Shown here one piece after another: positions 52,601 to 64,000 of a DNA stretch of 64,000 nt. Source of the stretch: Mobula hypostoma (taxonomy: Eukaryota); NCBI RefSeq assembly GCF_963921235.1, contig NC_086097.1:124001-188000 (forward strand). Reading direction: 5' to 3'. Below the pieces are notes generated by a model. The model made no database searches. It worked only from the letters and a program-made list of their open reading frames with translations, and was not told the origin of the DNA. Both the position numbers and the translations under genes were made by a program. The stretch's first letter is position 1. Each line of letters begins with the position of its first letter.

Positions 52601-53096
52601 AATTTCTTTTGGTATAATACCGACATCACCGACCTAAAAAGAGACCTCTCTTGTAACAACTCTGGACTAAAATTTTCCGCCAAACAAAATCTGAGATCCC
52701 CATACTCAATTATTCCTTTCCGACGTGCAACTCGAATTAACTGCTCCTTAGTATGCACATAGTGGAATCATAGAACAACAGCTCTGGGTTTTAAAGCTTT
52801 CAGAGGTTTAACCCTTAATGAGCGATGAGCGCGGTCGAGTATAGGGGGGTTAGAAAACACTTCAGTACTGAATACCTCAATTAAAAATTGAGCAAAAAAC
52901 TTAGTGGGATCGCCACTTTCAACATCCTCACGAAGTCCTAAAATCCGTAGATTCTGTCTGCGACTGCGATTTTCCAGGTCAATAATCTTGGCTTTATATT
53001 GTTCCAGCATTTGAGTGGTCGAGATTACTTTCATTTCCAACGAGCTCAATCTGCAGTCTCTTTGTCTGCCATTTTCATCAAGATCCGAAATTAGTC

Positions 53097-53255
53097 TTCC
53101 TTCAGTTAGTCCTGACCAAGGGTCTCGGCCTGAAACGTCGACTGCGCCTCTTCCTATAGATGCTGCTTGGCCTGCTGCGTCCACCAGCAACTTTGATGTA
53201 TGTAACTTTGATGTATGTTGCTTGAATTTCCAGCATCTGCAGAATTCCTGTTGTT
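53097..53255 (+). mobile_element. Short PLE-derived insert in L1 ORF1 with a hammerhead variant (CTGACCA) at 53108-53143
   Basis: 13-bp TSD TCCGAAATTAGTC (53084-53096 and 53256-53268); internal 15-bp tandem duplication. Confidence 0.9.
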
Positions 53256-54994
53256 TCCGAAATTAGTCGTTGCTTTTCATTCTCACGTTTAATTGCTCCA
53301 AGTTGATCTTCAATATTATTTAATTTTATCTCGAGATTAGAAAATCTTTTATCAAATTTATCAAGTTTGTCATCCAAAAGCTTGGATATAACTTCCAAAG
53401 TCAGTTGTGCCTGTTGAGGCTGTTTAAACTGTTTAGGGTCGCCTCCTTCTCCATTTCCATTGTCGGCTTCCGTGCTCTCGGTTAGTGCCTTTTTCCCTCT
53501 GGTTGTTATTTCCAAGAATTAAAAGTCAAAATTCAAGCATACAAAAATATTGTAAACATTTCACTGTGAATACTAAACAGGTGGGAAATAAATGAAAAAA
53601 AGAACGGAGCAAAGTCAAGTGCGATTTACTCCATCTGGTGCTTCAAGAGTGTCCAGATTTTTTTTAAAGTCGCTACAAGATCATTTGTCTTTGCTGGTTT
53701 TGTAACAAAGGATCAAACACACCTTAAACATCACACAGGTCGCTTATCTTGGCTTAGGCCCTCAGCGGTTTTGGTTTGTTTTCAAGTAACCACTACATTT
53801 TGTCAACAAAAAAAGTTACACCAAATAAACACCAGTGTACAGCAAAGGACTGCCTTGGACACATTGGCAAAATTAAAATCGCGACACCATGAACAACACG
53901 TCAGAAATAAGAGCTGCTTGCAGTAGGATCATCTGCCTCCTTTTGTTAATTCATGCTCTATGTTTGTATGGTCATTTTTGAATGGTCAGTGCGGTCCATC
54001 CATTAGGACTGTACCTCAATTGTGTGATGTTCGCTTCAGGGTTCATTGCTTTATTGTACTGAAGTGCTGAAATATTCCATTTGCCAACGCTTGAATTAAA
54101 AGCTGTTTGTTCAGTCTGGTTTAAGCGTTGTGAAAGTACCAACTGTTTGTTTGTTAACTACGTTAATTGAGTTACATTTTGCCGGAACTGCAAGTGAACA
54201 AACAGAAAGTAATACGACTGTATCAAAGCATGGAATAGGTGGCAACAACCCTGTAGTTGGGGCTTGCAAAAGAGAAATTAAAACCGAAGCTAAGGCTAAT
54301 CTAATTGAAAGTCTTCAAAAGTACGAAACAAATGTGAACAAAATTAAAGGTTTAATAACATCAATAAATGACCATAAGAAAATGCCTTACATGCAATCTC
54401 ATCTTGAGGGCTTGACTAATCTCTGTGAAGTGTTGCTAAGCAACATCACATGCTAATTCATTACTTTCCCAAGGCTGAACAAGGAAAACAACCAACATTT
54501 TTCAAATATTGATCACGAATGCATTGCATTCATAGAGGCTATGAACCAATCGTTGACCCTGACATGTTATATTGAAGGTCATATTGATGCAACAAGTGAA
54601 TGTGTGTCTCACCTTCCAACTCACGATGTTTCTCAAACTCCAAAGCATGTTTTGACTATCCATTTGGCAGATGACCCACAAGATGATGTGAAACTGAATG
54701 ACAGTGTATCAAATGTCAGCACTTGAAGCTCTGTTGCAGGAAGAAATCTTCTGCATCTACTACCTCCTCTACACACATTAAAACAGAGGCTGATTTAGCT
54801 TCATTAATGGCACGTCAATGATTATTGAGGACAAACATGCGCTGGAAGAGCAAAAGGTACAGCTACAGAAAAGGAAGAAACAGGTTAAGTTGAAGGACAA
54901 GCATGCAATGGAACAGCAAGAGGAACACCTATGAAAAAAGGAAGGATTAGCTTAAGTTGGAGGAAAATATTGCCACACAAATGGCTAAAGTTAA

Positions 54995-55082
54995 GCAACA
55001 CACATCAAGGTTGCCGGTGAATGCAGCAGGCCAGGCAGCATCTCTAGGAAGAGGTACAGTCGACATTTCGGGCCGAAACCCT
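54995..55082 (-). mobile_element. Short PLE-derived insert with a partial hammerhead
   Basis: TTAA duplicated (54991-54994 and 55083-55086); removing it restores gag MAKVNVL. Confidence 0.8.
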
Positions 55083-55849
55083 TTAATGTGCTTTGGGCTT
55101 CAAGTGTCATGACTGCTAAAAGTGCTCCAGCAGGACAGTCCTATGGTGTGAATTCTTATATTGAAAAATCACAAAGAAAAACCAATACACTTAATATCAA
55201 TGTTGATTCATTTGTTCCTCGTGTGTTTGAGATACATGAACAAAACCCCCATGAAGTAGTTCATGGTGCTTACTCTCAGCCTGCACTAGTAAGGCACTCT
55301 GACCCTATGTCATATCCCACAGCTCATGCCGATATTCACTTACAGCATGGAAACACACTTGTTTTAGATGATAGAGGTCAAAACAATACTACTGATATTA
55401 TGAGGAAGCAAAATTAACTAATAACCTTATTGGTACAACAGCAACGCATTTCATCATTGCCTAAAAGAGAAATTCAAATCTTCCATGGACATCCATTTCA
55501 GTATCATGCATTCATGAGGGGTTTTGAAAACAGTGGATAGCTAGAGTGACTGCCTCTATCTACTTGAACAGTACACTAAAGGTTGCCCTAGAGAACGTCA
55601 GAAGTTTCCAGGATGTCGACCCTAAGGGAGAATGTCTAAAAGCTAAACCTTCATGACAGGAACACTTTGGTAATGAACAGAAAATTACATCAACCTATAA
55701 GCAAAAGGCTCTTTCTTGGGTACCTATTAAAGCTGAAGACATGAAAATTCTTCAAGACTACAGTCTTTTTCTTAAAGGCTATAGCAATGCCATGATAGAA
55801 ATCCAGTACGTGTGTGTGTGCTGGACATGCCTGCTAATATGTCAATTGT

Positions 55850-56085
55850 CCATAAGACCACAAGATAAAGGAGCAGAATTAGGTCATTCGGTCCACTGAG
55901 TCTGCTCCATCATTTTGTCACGGCTGATCCATTTTCCCTCTCAGCTCCAATCTCGTGTCTTCTCCTTGCATCCCTTCATGCCCTGAATAATCAAGAATCT
56001 ATCAAACTCTACCTTAAATATAGCCAATGACTTGGTCTGTGGCAATGAATTCTATACATTCATCACTCTCTGGCAATTCCTCCTC
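55850..56085 (-). mobile_element. CR1 3' tail fragment
   Basis: CATAAGACCACAAGATAAAGGAGCAGAATTAGG tail. Confidence 0.75.
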
Positions 56086-56116
56086 AAGAAGAAATTGCCC
56101 TATATACTTCAAGATA

Positions 56117-59100
56117 TAGTGCCTATAAAAATTATTCATTGCCATGGAAGTTTGCATGTTTTATTGTTTTACAACATTGAATCATAGAAACATAGAAAAT
56201 AGGTGCAGGAGTAGGCCATTCGGCCCTTCGAGACTGCACCGTCATTCAGTATGATCGTGACTGATCATCCAACTCAGAACCCTGTACCTGCTTTCTCTCC
56301 ATACCCCCTGATCCCTTTAGCCACAAGGGCCATATCTAACTCCCTCTTAAATATAGCCAATGAACTGGCCTCAACTGTTTCCTGTGGCAGAGAATTCCAC
56401 AGATTCACCACTCTCGGTGTGAAGAAGTTTTTCCTACTCTCAGTCCTAAAAGGCTTCCCCTTTATCCTCGAACTGTGACCCCTCGTCCTGGACTTCCCCA
56501 ACATCGGGAACAATTTTCCTGCATTTAGCCTGTCCAATCCCTTTACAATTCTATACGTTTTAATAAGATCCCCCCTCAATCTTCTAAATTCCAGAGAGTA
56601 TAAGCCTAGTCGATCCAGTCTTTCATCATATGAAAGTCCTGCCATCCCAGGAATCAATCTGGTGAACCTTCTTTGTACTCCCTGTATGGCAAGAATATCT
56701 TTCTTCGGACTAGGGGACCAAAACTGCACACAATACTCTAGGTGTGGTCTCACCAAGGCCTTGTACAACTGCAGTAGTACCTCACTGCTCCTGTACTCGA
56801 ATCCACTTGCTATGAATGCCAGCATACCATTCGCCTTTTTCACTGCCTGCTGTACCTGCATGTCCACTTTCAATGACTGGTGCACAATGACACCCAGGTC
56901 TCGTTGCACCTCCCCTTTTCCTAATCGGCCACCATTCAGATAATAATCTGTTTTCCTGTTCTTGCCACCAAAGTGGATAACCTCACATTTATCCACATTA
57001 AATTGCATCTGCCATGAATTTGCCCACTCACCTAACCTACCCAAGTCACCTTGCATCCTCTTAGCATCCTCCTCACAGCTAACACTGCCACCCAGCTTCG
57101 TGTCATCCGCAAACTTGGAGATGCTGCATTTAATTCCCTTGTCTAAGTCATTAATATATATTGTAAACAACTGGGGTCCCAGCACTGAGCCTTGCGGTAC
57201 CCCACTAGTCACTGCCTGCTATTCTGAAAAGGTCCCGTTTATTCCTACTCTTTGCTTCCTGTCTGCCAACCAATTCTCTATCCACATCAATACCATACCC
57301 CCAATACAGTGTGCTTTAAGTTTGCACACTAATCTCCTGTGTGGGACCTTGTCAAAAGCCTTTTGAAAATCCAAATATACCACATCCACTGGTTCTCCCC
57401 TATCCACTCTACTAGTTACATCCTCAAAAAATTCTATGAGATTCGTCAGACATGATTTTCCTTTCACAAATCCATGCTGACATTGTCAGATGATTTCACC
57501 ACTTTCCAAATGTGCTGTTATCACATCCTTGATAACTGATCTAGCATTTTCCCCACCACCGATGTTAGGCTTACCGGTCTGTATTTCCCCCTTTCTCTCT
57601 CCCTCGTTTTTTTTAAAAAGCGGGGTTACATTAGCCACCCTCCAATCCTCAGGAACCAATCCAGAATCTAAAGAGTTTTGAAAAATTATCACTAATGCAT
57701 CCCCTATTTCTTGGGCTACTACGTTAAGCACTCTGGGGATTTATCTGCCTTTATCCCTTCAATTTACCTAACACCACTTCCCTACTAACATGTATTTCCC
57801 TCAGTTCCTCTATCTCACTAGACCCTCGGTCCCCTACTATTTCTGGAAGATTATTTATGTCCTCCTTAGTGAAGACAGAACCAAAGTAGTTATTCAATTG
57901 GTCTGCCATGTCCTTGTTCCCCATGATCAATTCACCTGTTTCTGACTGTAAGGGACCTACATTTGTCTTAACCAATCTTTTTCTTTTCACATATCTATAA
58001 AAGCTTTTACCGTCAGTTTCTATGTTCCCTCCCAGCTTTCTCTCATAATCTTTTTTCCCTTTCCTAATTAGGCCCTTTGTCCTCCTCTGTTGGACTCTGA
58101 ATTTCTCCCAGTCCTCAGGTGTGCCACTTTTTCTGGCTAATTTGTATGTTTCTTCTTTGTAATTGATACTATCCCTAATTTCCCTTGTCAGCCATGGGTA
58201 CACTACCTTCCCTGGTGTATTATTTTGCCAAACTGGAATGAACAATTGTTGTAGTTCATCCATGCGATCTTTAAATGCTTGCCATTGCATATCCACTGTC
58301 AACCCTTTAAGTATCATTTGCCAGTCTATCTTAGCTAATTCACGTCTCATACCTTCAAAGTTACCCTTCTTTAAGTTCAGAACCCTTGTTTCTGAATTAA
58401 CTATGTCACTCTCCATCTTAATGAACAATTCCACCATATTATGGTCACTCTTACCCAAGGGGCCTCTCACAACAAGATTGCTAACTAACCCTTCCTCATT
58501 GCTCAATACCCAGTCTAGAATGGCCTGCTCTCCAGTTGGTTCCTCGACATGTTGGTTCAGAAAACCATCCCGCGTACATTCCAAGAAATTCTCTTCCTCA
58601 GCATCCTTACCAATTTGGTTCACCCAAACTATATGTAGATTGAAGTCACCCATTATAACTGCTGTTCCTTTATTGCACGAATTTCTAATTTCCTGTTTAA
58701 TGCCATTCCCAACCTCACTACTACTGTTAGGTGGACTGTACACAACTCCCACCAGTGTTTTCTGCCCCTTAGTGTTATGCAGCTCTACCCATATCGATTC
58801 CACAACCTCCTGGCTAATGTCCTTCCTTTCTATTGCGTTAATCTCCTCTCTAACCAGCAATGCTACCCCACCTCCTTTTCTTTCATGACTATCCCTCCTG
58901 AATATTGAATATCCCTGAATGTTGAGCTCCCATCCTTGGTCACCCTGGAGCCATGTCTCTGTGATCCTAACTATATCATATTTATTAATAACTATCTGCA
59001 CATTCAATTCATCTACTTTGTTACGAATGCTCCTTGCATTGACACAGAAAGCCTTCAGGCTTGCTTTTACAACACTCTTAGCCCTAATACAGTTATGTTG

Positions 59101-61954
59101 AAAAGTGGCCCTTTTTGATATTTGCCCTGGATTTGCGGGCCTGCCACTTTTACTTTACACCTTACTGCTTTTTGCTTCTACCCTCATTTTACACCTCTCT
59201 GTCTCTCTGCACTTGTTCCCATCCCCCTGCCACATTAGTTTAAATTCTCCTGAACAACAGTAGTAAGCGCTCCCCCTAGGACATTGGTTCCAGTCCAGCC
59301 CAGGTGCAGACCGTTCTATTTGTACTGGTCCCACCTCCTCCAGGACTGGTTCCAATGCCCCAGAAATTTGAATCCCTCCCCCTTGCACCATTTTTCAAGC
59401 CACGTATTCATCTGACATGTCCTTCTATTTCTACTCTGACCAGCACATGGCACTGGTAGTAATCCAGAGATTATTACCTTTGTGGTCCTACTTTTTAGTT
59501 TATCTCCTAACTCCCTAAATTCACCTTGTAGGACCACATCCCGTTTTTTTACCGAAATCGTTGGTACCTATGTGCACCACGACCACTGGCTGTTCACCCT
59601 CCCACTCCAGAATGTCCTGCAGCCGCTCACAGACATCCTTGACCCTTGCACCAGGGAGGCAACATACCCTCCCGGAGTCTCGTTTGCGGCCGCAGAAATG
59701 CCTATCTGTTCCCCTTACAATCGAATCCCCTATCACTATAGCTCTCCCGCTCCTTTTCCTTCCCTCCTGTGCCGCAGAGCCACCCATGGTGCCATGAACT
59801 CAGCTGCTGCTGCCTTCCCCTGAAGAGACATCTCCCCCAACAGTATACAAAACAGTATATCTGTTTAGGAGGGAGATGACATCAGGGGACTCCTGCACTA
59901 CCTGCCTACTGCTACGCTGTTTAGTGGCCACCCATTCCCTTTCTGCCTATGTAGCCTTTACCTGCGGTGTGGCCAACTCACTGAACGTGCTATTCACAAC
60001 TTTCTCAGCATCGCGGATGCTCCAGTATGAATCCAATCGCAGCTCCAGCTGCTCAATGCGGTCTGCCAGAAGCTGCAGCTGGACGAATTTCCTGCAAACA
60101 TAGTCATCAGGGACACTGGAAGTATCCCTGATTTCCCATATACTGCAGGAGGAACAAACCACCGGGCCGATCTCAGCTGTCATGACCTATCCAATACGTT
60201 ACAGCCTCGCCGCCTTCCTTGCTTCAAATAAAATACCACTGCAGACAGTTCTCCTTTTAAAGGAACTTACCCGGCCTTACCTCACTTGGAGTGAAGCTCG
60301 TCCTCAGCCTCTGCTCGCCGAAGCCTCTCAAGAGAAAGCCTTCCTACTCTGTCTCCCTCTACTCCGTCGCCCGCTCCATCAAACTGTTCTCTTTTAAATA
60401 CTCCCGCTGCCTCACGGGCCGACTTACACACGCTTGCGCAGTCCTGCCCCGATCAACCGCCAAGAATCATAGTGGATTTAATTTGTCTTTTTTTTAAAAA
60501 CACTGATCAATAGAAAGACTTTTTCATGTCAAAGTGAAAACAGATCTCTACAAAGTGATCTAAATTACTTACAAATATAAACACAAAATAATTGATTGCA
60601 TAAATATTCACCCTCTTTAATACCAAATCATCACTGGTGCAGCCAAATGGTTTTAGAAGTCACATAATTAGTTAAGGTGTCCTAGCTTTTTATAAACCTG
60701 TGTGCAGTCAAGGTGTTTCAATTGACTGTTGTAAAAATACACCTGTATCTGGAAAGTCTAACTGCTGGTGAGTCAGTATCCTGGCAAAAACTACACCATG
60801 AAGACAAAAGAACACTCCAAGCAACTCTGTAAAAAAGTTATTGAAAAGCACAAGTCAGGAGATGGATACAAGAAAATTTCCAAGTCAATGAATATCCCCT
60901 AGGTACAGTTAAGTCAATCATCAAGAAATGGAAAGAATATGGCACAGCTGTAAATCAGCCAAGAGCAGATCATCCTCAAAAACTGAGTGACTGCAAGAAG
61001 GGGGACTAGTGAGGGAAGCCACCAAGAGACCTATGGTAACTCTCAAGGAGTTACAAGGTTCAGTGGCTGAGATGCGAGACTGTGTATACAACAAATGTTG
61101 CCCAGGTGCTTCACCAATCACAGCTTTGTGGGAGAATGGCAAAAAGAAAGCCACTGTTGAAAAAAACTCATATGAAATCGCAGCTGGAGTTTGCCAGAAG
61201 GCATGTGGGAGACTCCAAAGTCAGCTGGAAGGAAGTTTTATGAGCTGATGAAATCAAAATTGAGCTTACTGGTCATTAGAGTAAATGCTATGTTTGGTGT
61301 AAGCCAATCACTGCACATCAAAAATACACCGTCCCTGCAGTGAAGCATGATGATGGCTGCATGGTGCTGTGGGATGCTTTGCTGCAGCAAGCCCTAAAAG
61401 GCTTGTGAAGGTGGTAGGTAAATGCAGAAGAATACAGGGAAGTCCTGGAGGAAAATTTGATGCAGTATGCAAGAGAACGGCAACTTAGGAGATTTGTTTT
61501 CCAGCAAGCCCCAAAACAACAACAAAGTTAATATCGAGGAGTGGCCACCAGACTCCAGACCTCAATCCACTGGAGAATTTGTGGCTAGACTTGAAAAGGG
61601 CTGTTCACTCATGATCCCATGCGCTCTGACAGAGTTTGAGCAGTTTTGTAAAGAAGAATGAGGGAAGTGTCCAGATGTGCAAAGCTGAGAGACCTATCTG
61701 CACAGACTCAAGGCTGGAACTGATGCCAAAAGTAAATCTACTGAATACTCAAATGAAGGGGGTGAGTAATTATGCAATCAATTATTTTGTGTTTAATAAT
61801 TGTAATAAATTTAGACCAATTTGTAGAAATTTGCTTTCACTTTGACTGTTGATCAGTGTTAGCAAAAGACAAATTAAATCCAATGTAATTCAATATTTTA
61901 AAACAATAAAACATGAAAACTTCGAAGAGGGATGAATACTTTTTATAGGCACTG
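56117..61954 (+). mobile_element. Complete but decayed Tc1-like DNA transposon (about 1.55 kb net), left TIR interrupted by CR1
   Basis: TA|TAGTGCCTATAAAAA ... TTTTTATAGGCACTG|TA; TIRs of about 200 bp; transposase remnant from ATG 60798 (MKTKEHSKQL, GYKKISK, .DE.KIEL, PDLNP). Confidence 0.92.
56188..60463 (-). mobile_element. Full-length CR1 LINE (subfamily A, about 4.28 kb), inactivated
   Basis: 9-bp TSD GAATCATAG (56179-56187 and 60464-60472); GC-rich 5' UTR; ORF1 from ATG 60183 (CxxC finger, heptad leucines, GDSIVRG/GTND esterase); ORF2 EN+RT with frameshifts. Confidence 0.95.
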
Positions 61955-62100
61955 TAAATGGAGTACTGTAGTCTGTGAACAACAAAAAAGGCAAGTCGTA
62001 AAACTTATTTCACTGACGTTGTTGATTATATAGAAAGGCAATTAAAGATTGCTACACACCTGGTGTTTGGGAATATTCAGGAAGTTCCATCACCAGCAAT

Positions 62101-62768
62101 AGATTAGGTTACGGGGACACTCAGTTCTTGTTTATTGTCATTTAGAAATGCATGCATTAAAAAATGATGCAATGTTCCTCCAGTATGATATCACAGAAAC
62201 ACAAGACAGACCAAGACTAAAACTGACAAAGACCACATAATTATAACATATAGTTACAACAGTGCAAAGCAATACCGTAATTTGATAAGAGCAGACCATT
62301 AGCACGGTAAAAAAAAGTCTCAAAGTCCCGATAGCCCCAACATCTCACACAGACGGTAGAAGGGAGAAATTCTCCCTGCCATGAGCTTCCAGCGCCACAA
62401 ACTTGCCAATGAAGCATCCTGGAAGTACCCGACCACAGTCCGACTCTGAGACCATCCGAAAACTTCGAACCTCCGACCAGCCCTCTGACACCAAGCACCA
62501 ACTCTGCCGAGCGCTTCGACCCTGCCCCGGCCGCCGAGCAACAAGCAAAGCCAAGGATTTGGGACCTTCCCCTCCGGAGATTTCAGATCACACAGTAGCG
62601 GTGGCAGCGAAACAGGCATTTCAGAAGTTTCACCAAATGTTCCTCTGTGCTCTTACGTCTGCCTCCATCAAATCAGAATTGTGCACGGCATCCTACTTGA
62701 CAGATAACAGATATTCATCACCGGAGAGGCTGCACGCGCTATGTCGCGCCGCCATCTTCTCTTCCTCC
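62101..62768 (-). mobile_element. Probable non-autonomous LINE-derived retroposon
   Basis: GC-rich 5' end GAAGATGGCGGCG and 3' AATAAA tail on the minus strand; no coding homology seen. Confidence 0.5.
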
Positions 62769-62924
62769 GATAAGCAAATGTGTAAACAAATCTAAGCCAC
62801 AATTTCGTTCTAAGTGTAGGGTTCTCAGTAATATTAGCTAGACTGTTAATTGTTAATCACTTATTACCAAAATGGCTTCTCATATGTTAACTACTGAGAA
62901 AATTCTCTCTCCAGCAGCTTGTTT

Positions 62925-64000
62925 AGAAACATAGACAATAGGTGCAGGAGTAGGCCATTCGGCCCTTTGAGCCTGCACCGCCATTCAGTATGATCATGGC
63001 TGTTCATCCAACTCAGATCCCTGTACCAGCCTTCCCTCCATACCCCCTGATACCTTTAGCCACAAGGGCCATATCTAACTCCCTCTTAAATATAGCCAAT
63101 GAACTGGCCTCAACTGTTTCCTGTGGCAGAGAATTCCACAGATTCACCACTCTCTGTGTGAAGAGGTTTTTCCTAATCTCGGTCCTAAAAGGCTTCCCCT
63201 TTATCCTCGAACTGTGACCCCTCGTTCTGGACTTCCCCAACATCGGGAACAATCTTCCTGCATCTAGCCTGTCCAATCCCTTTAGGATTTTATACGTTTC
63301 AGTAAGATCCCCCCTCAATCTTCTAAATTCCACCGACTATAAGCCTAGTCGATCCAGTCTTTCATCATATAATAGTCCTGCTATCCCAGGAATCAAGTGT
63401 GATCTCACCAAGGCCTTGTACAACTGCAGTAGTACCTCCCTGCTCCTGTACTCGAATCCTCTTGCTATGAATGCCAGCATACCATTCGCCTTTTTTACCG
63501 CCTGCTGTACCCGCATGCCCACTTTCAAAGACTGGTGTATAATGACACCCAGGTCTCGTTGCACCTCCCCTTTTCCTAATCGGCCACCATTCAGATTATA
63601 ATCTGTTTTTGCCACCAAAGTGGATAACCTCACATTAAACTGCATCTGCCATGAATTTGCCCACTCACCTAATCTATCCAAGTCACCCTGCATCCTCTTA
63701 GCATCCTCCTCACAGCTAATACTGCCGCCCAGTTTCGTGTCATCCACAAACTTGGAGATGCTGCATTTAATTCCCTGATCTAAGTCATTAATATATATTG
63801 TAAACAACTAATATTAATATATATGTAAGCACTGAGCCTTGTGGTACCCCACTCGTCACTGCCTGCTATTCTGAAAAGGTCCCGTTTATTCCCACTCTTT
63901 CCTTCCTGACATGATTTTCCTTTCACAAATCCATGCTGAATTTGTCCGATGATTTCACCACTTTCCAAATGTGCTGTTATCACATTTTTGATAACTGACT
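62925..64000 (-). mobile_element. CR1 3' part (subfamily A) with several internal deletions; runs off the window
   Basis: Colinear with 56188-57540 apart from deletions. Confidence 0.92.

Larger units (their letters stand above)
48204..53654 (-). mobile_element. L1-clade LINE with 5' end, ORF1 (about 53515-52489), long inter-ORF spacer and decayed ORF2; 3' end missing
   Basis: ORF1 LENRSRRQNLRILGL and LDRAHR; ORF2 SWNVNGL, GGDFN, SRIDF, LDAEKAFD, QGCPL and YADD. Confidence 0.93.
53701..62090 (+). mobile_element. BEL/Pao LTR retrotransposon relic (putative LTR 53701-54176 and decayed gag), split by PLE, CR1 and Tc1 insertions
   Basis: TGTAAC...GTTACA termini; gag-like NDSVSNV, LPKREIQIFHG.P.QY..F, YLLEQYT and KKLPY; resumes after the Tc1 as LQD|KW...YIERQLKIAT..VFGNI. 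Confidence 0.75.

Noticed and set aside
52768..53515. ORFs sharing the peptides 'MLV.AAGQAASIGRGAVDVSGRDP' and 'TTGILQMLEIQAT' (also at about 1.8, 46.4 and 48.9 kb)
   Set aside because: Antisense translations of the non-coding PLE-derived insert, not a protein domain.
61957..62100. Possible upstream SYNE3 exon (minus-strand AG|GT near 62058)
   Set aside because: No nesprin-like peptide; the plus strand reads as the continuation of BEL gag.

Overview
Repeat-dense eukaryotic intronic DNA. The repeat repertoire points to a cartilaginous fish, which is an inference. The only host gene is on the minus strand: five internal coding exons of SYNE3 (nesprin-3, spectrin-repeat region) at 43066-43375, 35369-35533, 23420-23746, 15423-15556 and 5751-5925. 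All have AG/GT boundaries and splice in frame (about 370 codons); the gene start and end lie outside the window. Most of the rest is transposable-element sequence: many CR1-clade LINE copies of several subfamilies (one full-length with a TSD, one with ORF2 broken by a single stop), an L1, Rex1/Babar-like fragments, a Gmr1-like gypsy element (SCAN-like gag, integrase before RT), a BEL/Pao relic, Tc1/mariner elements, and Penelope-like (GIY-YIG) elements. These are often nested, up to three deep, with readable target-site duplications. The most notable signal is a set of minimal hammerhead-ribozyme motifs (CUGAnGA...GAAAC-GUC) in the 3' regions of two Penelope-like subfamilies, plus short (about 90-160 bp), TSD-flanked non-coding derivatives that may be a retrozyme-like non-autonomous family. 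Subfamily letters are my own by-eye groupings, and repeat boundaries without a TSD are approximate.
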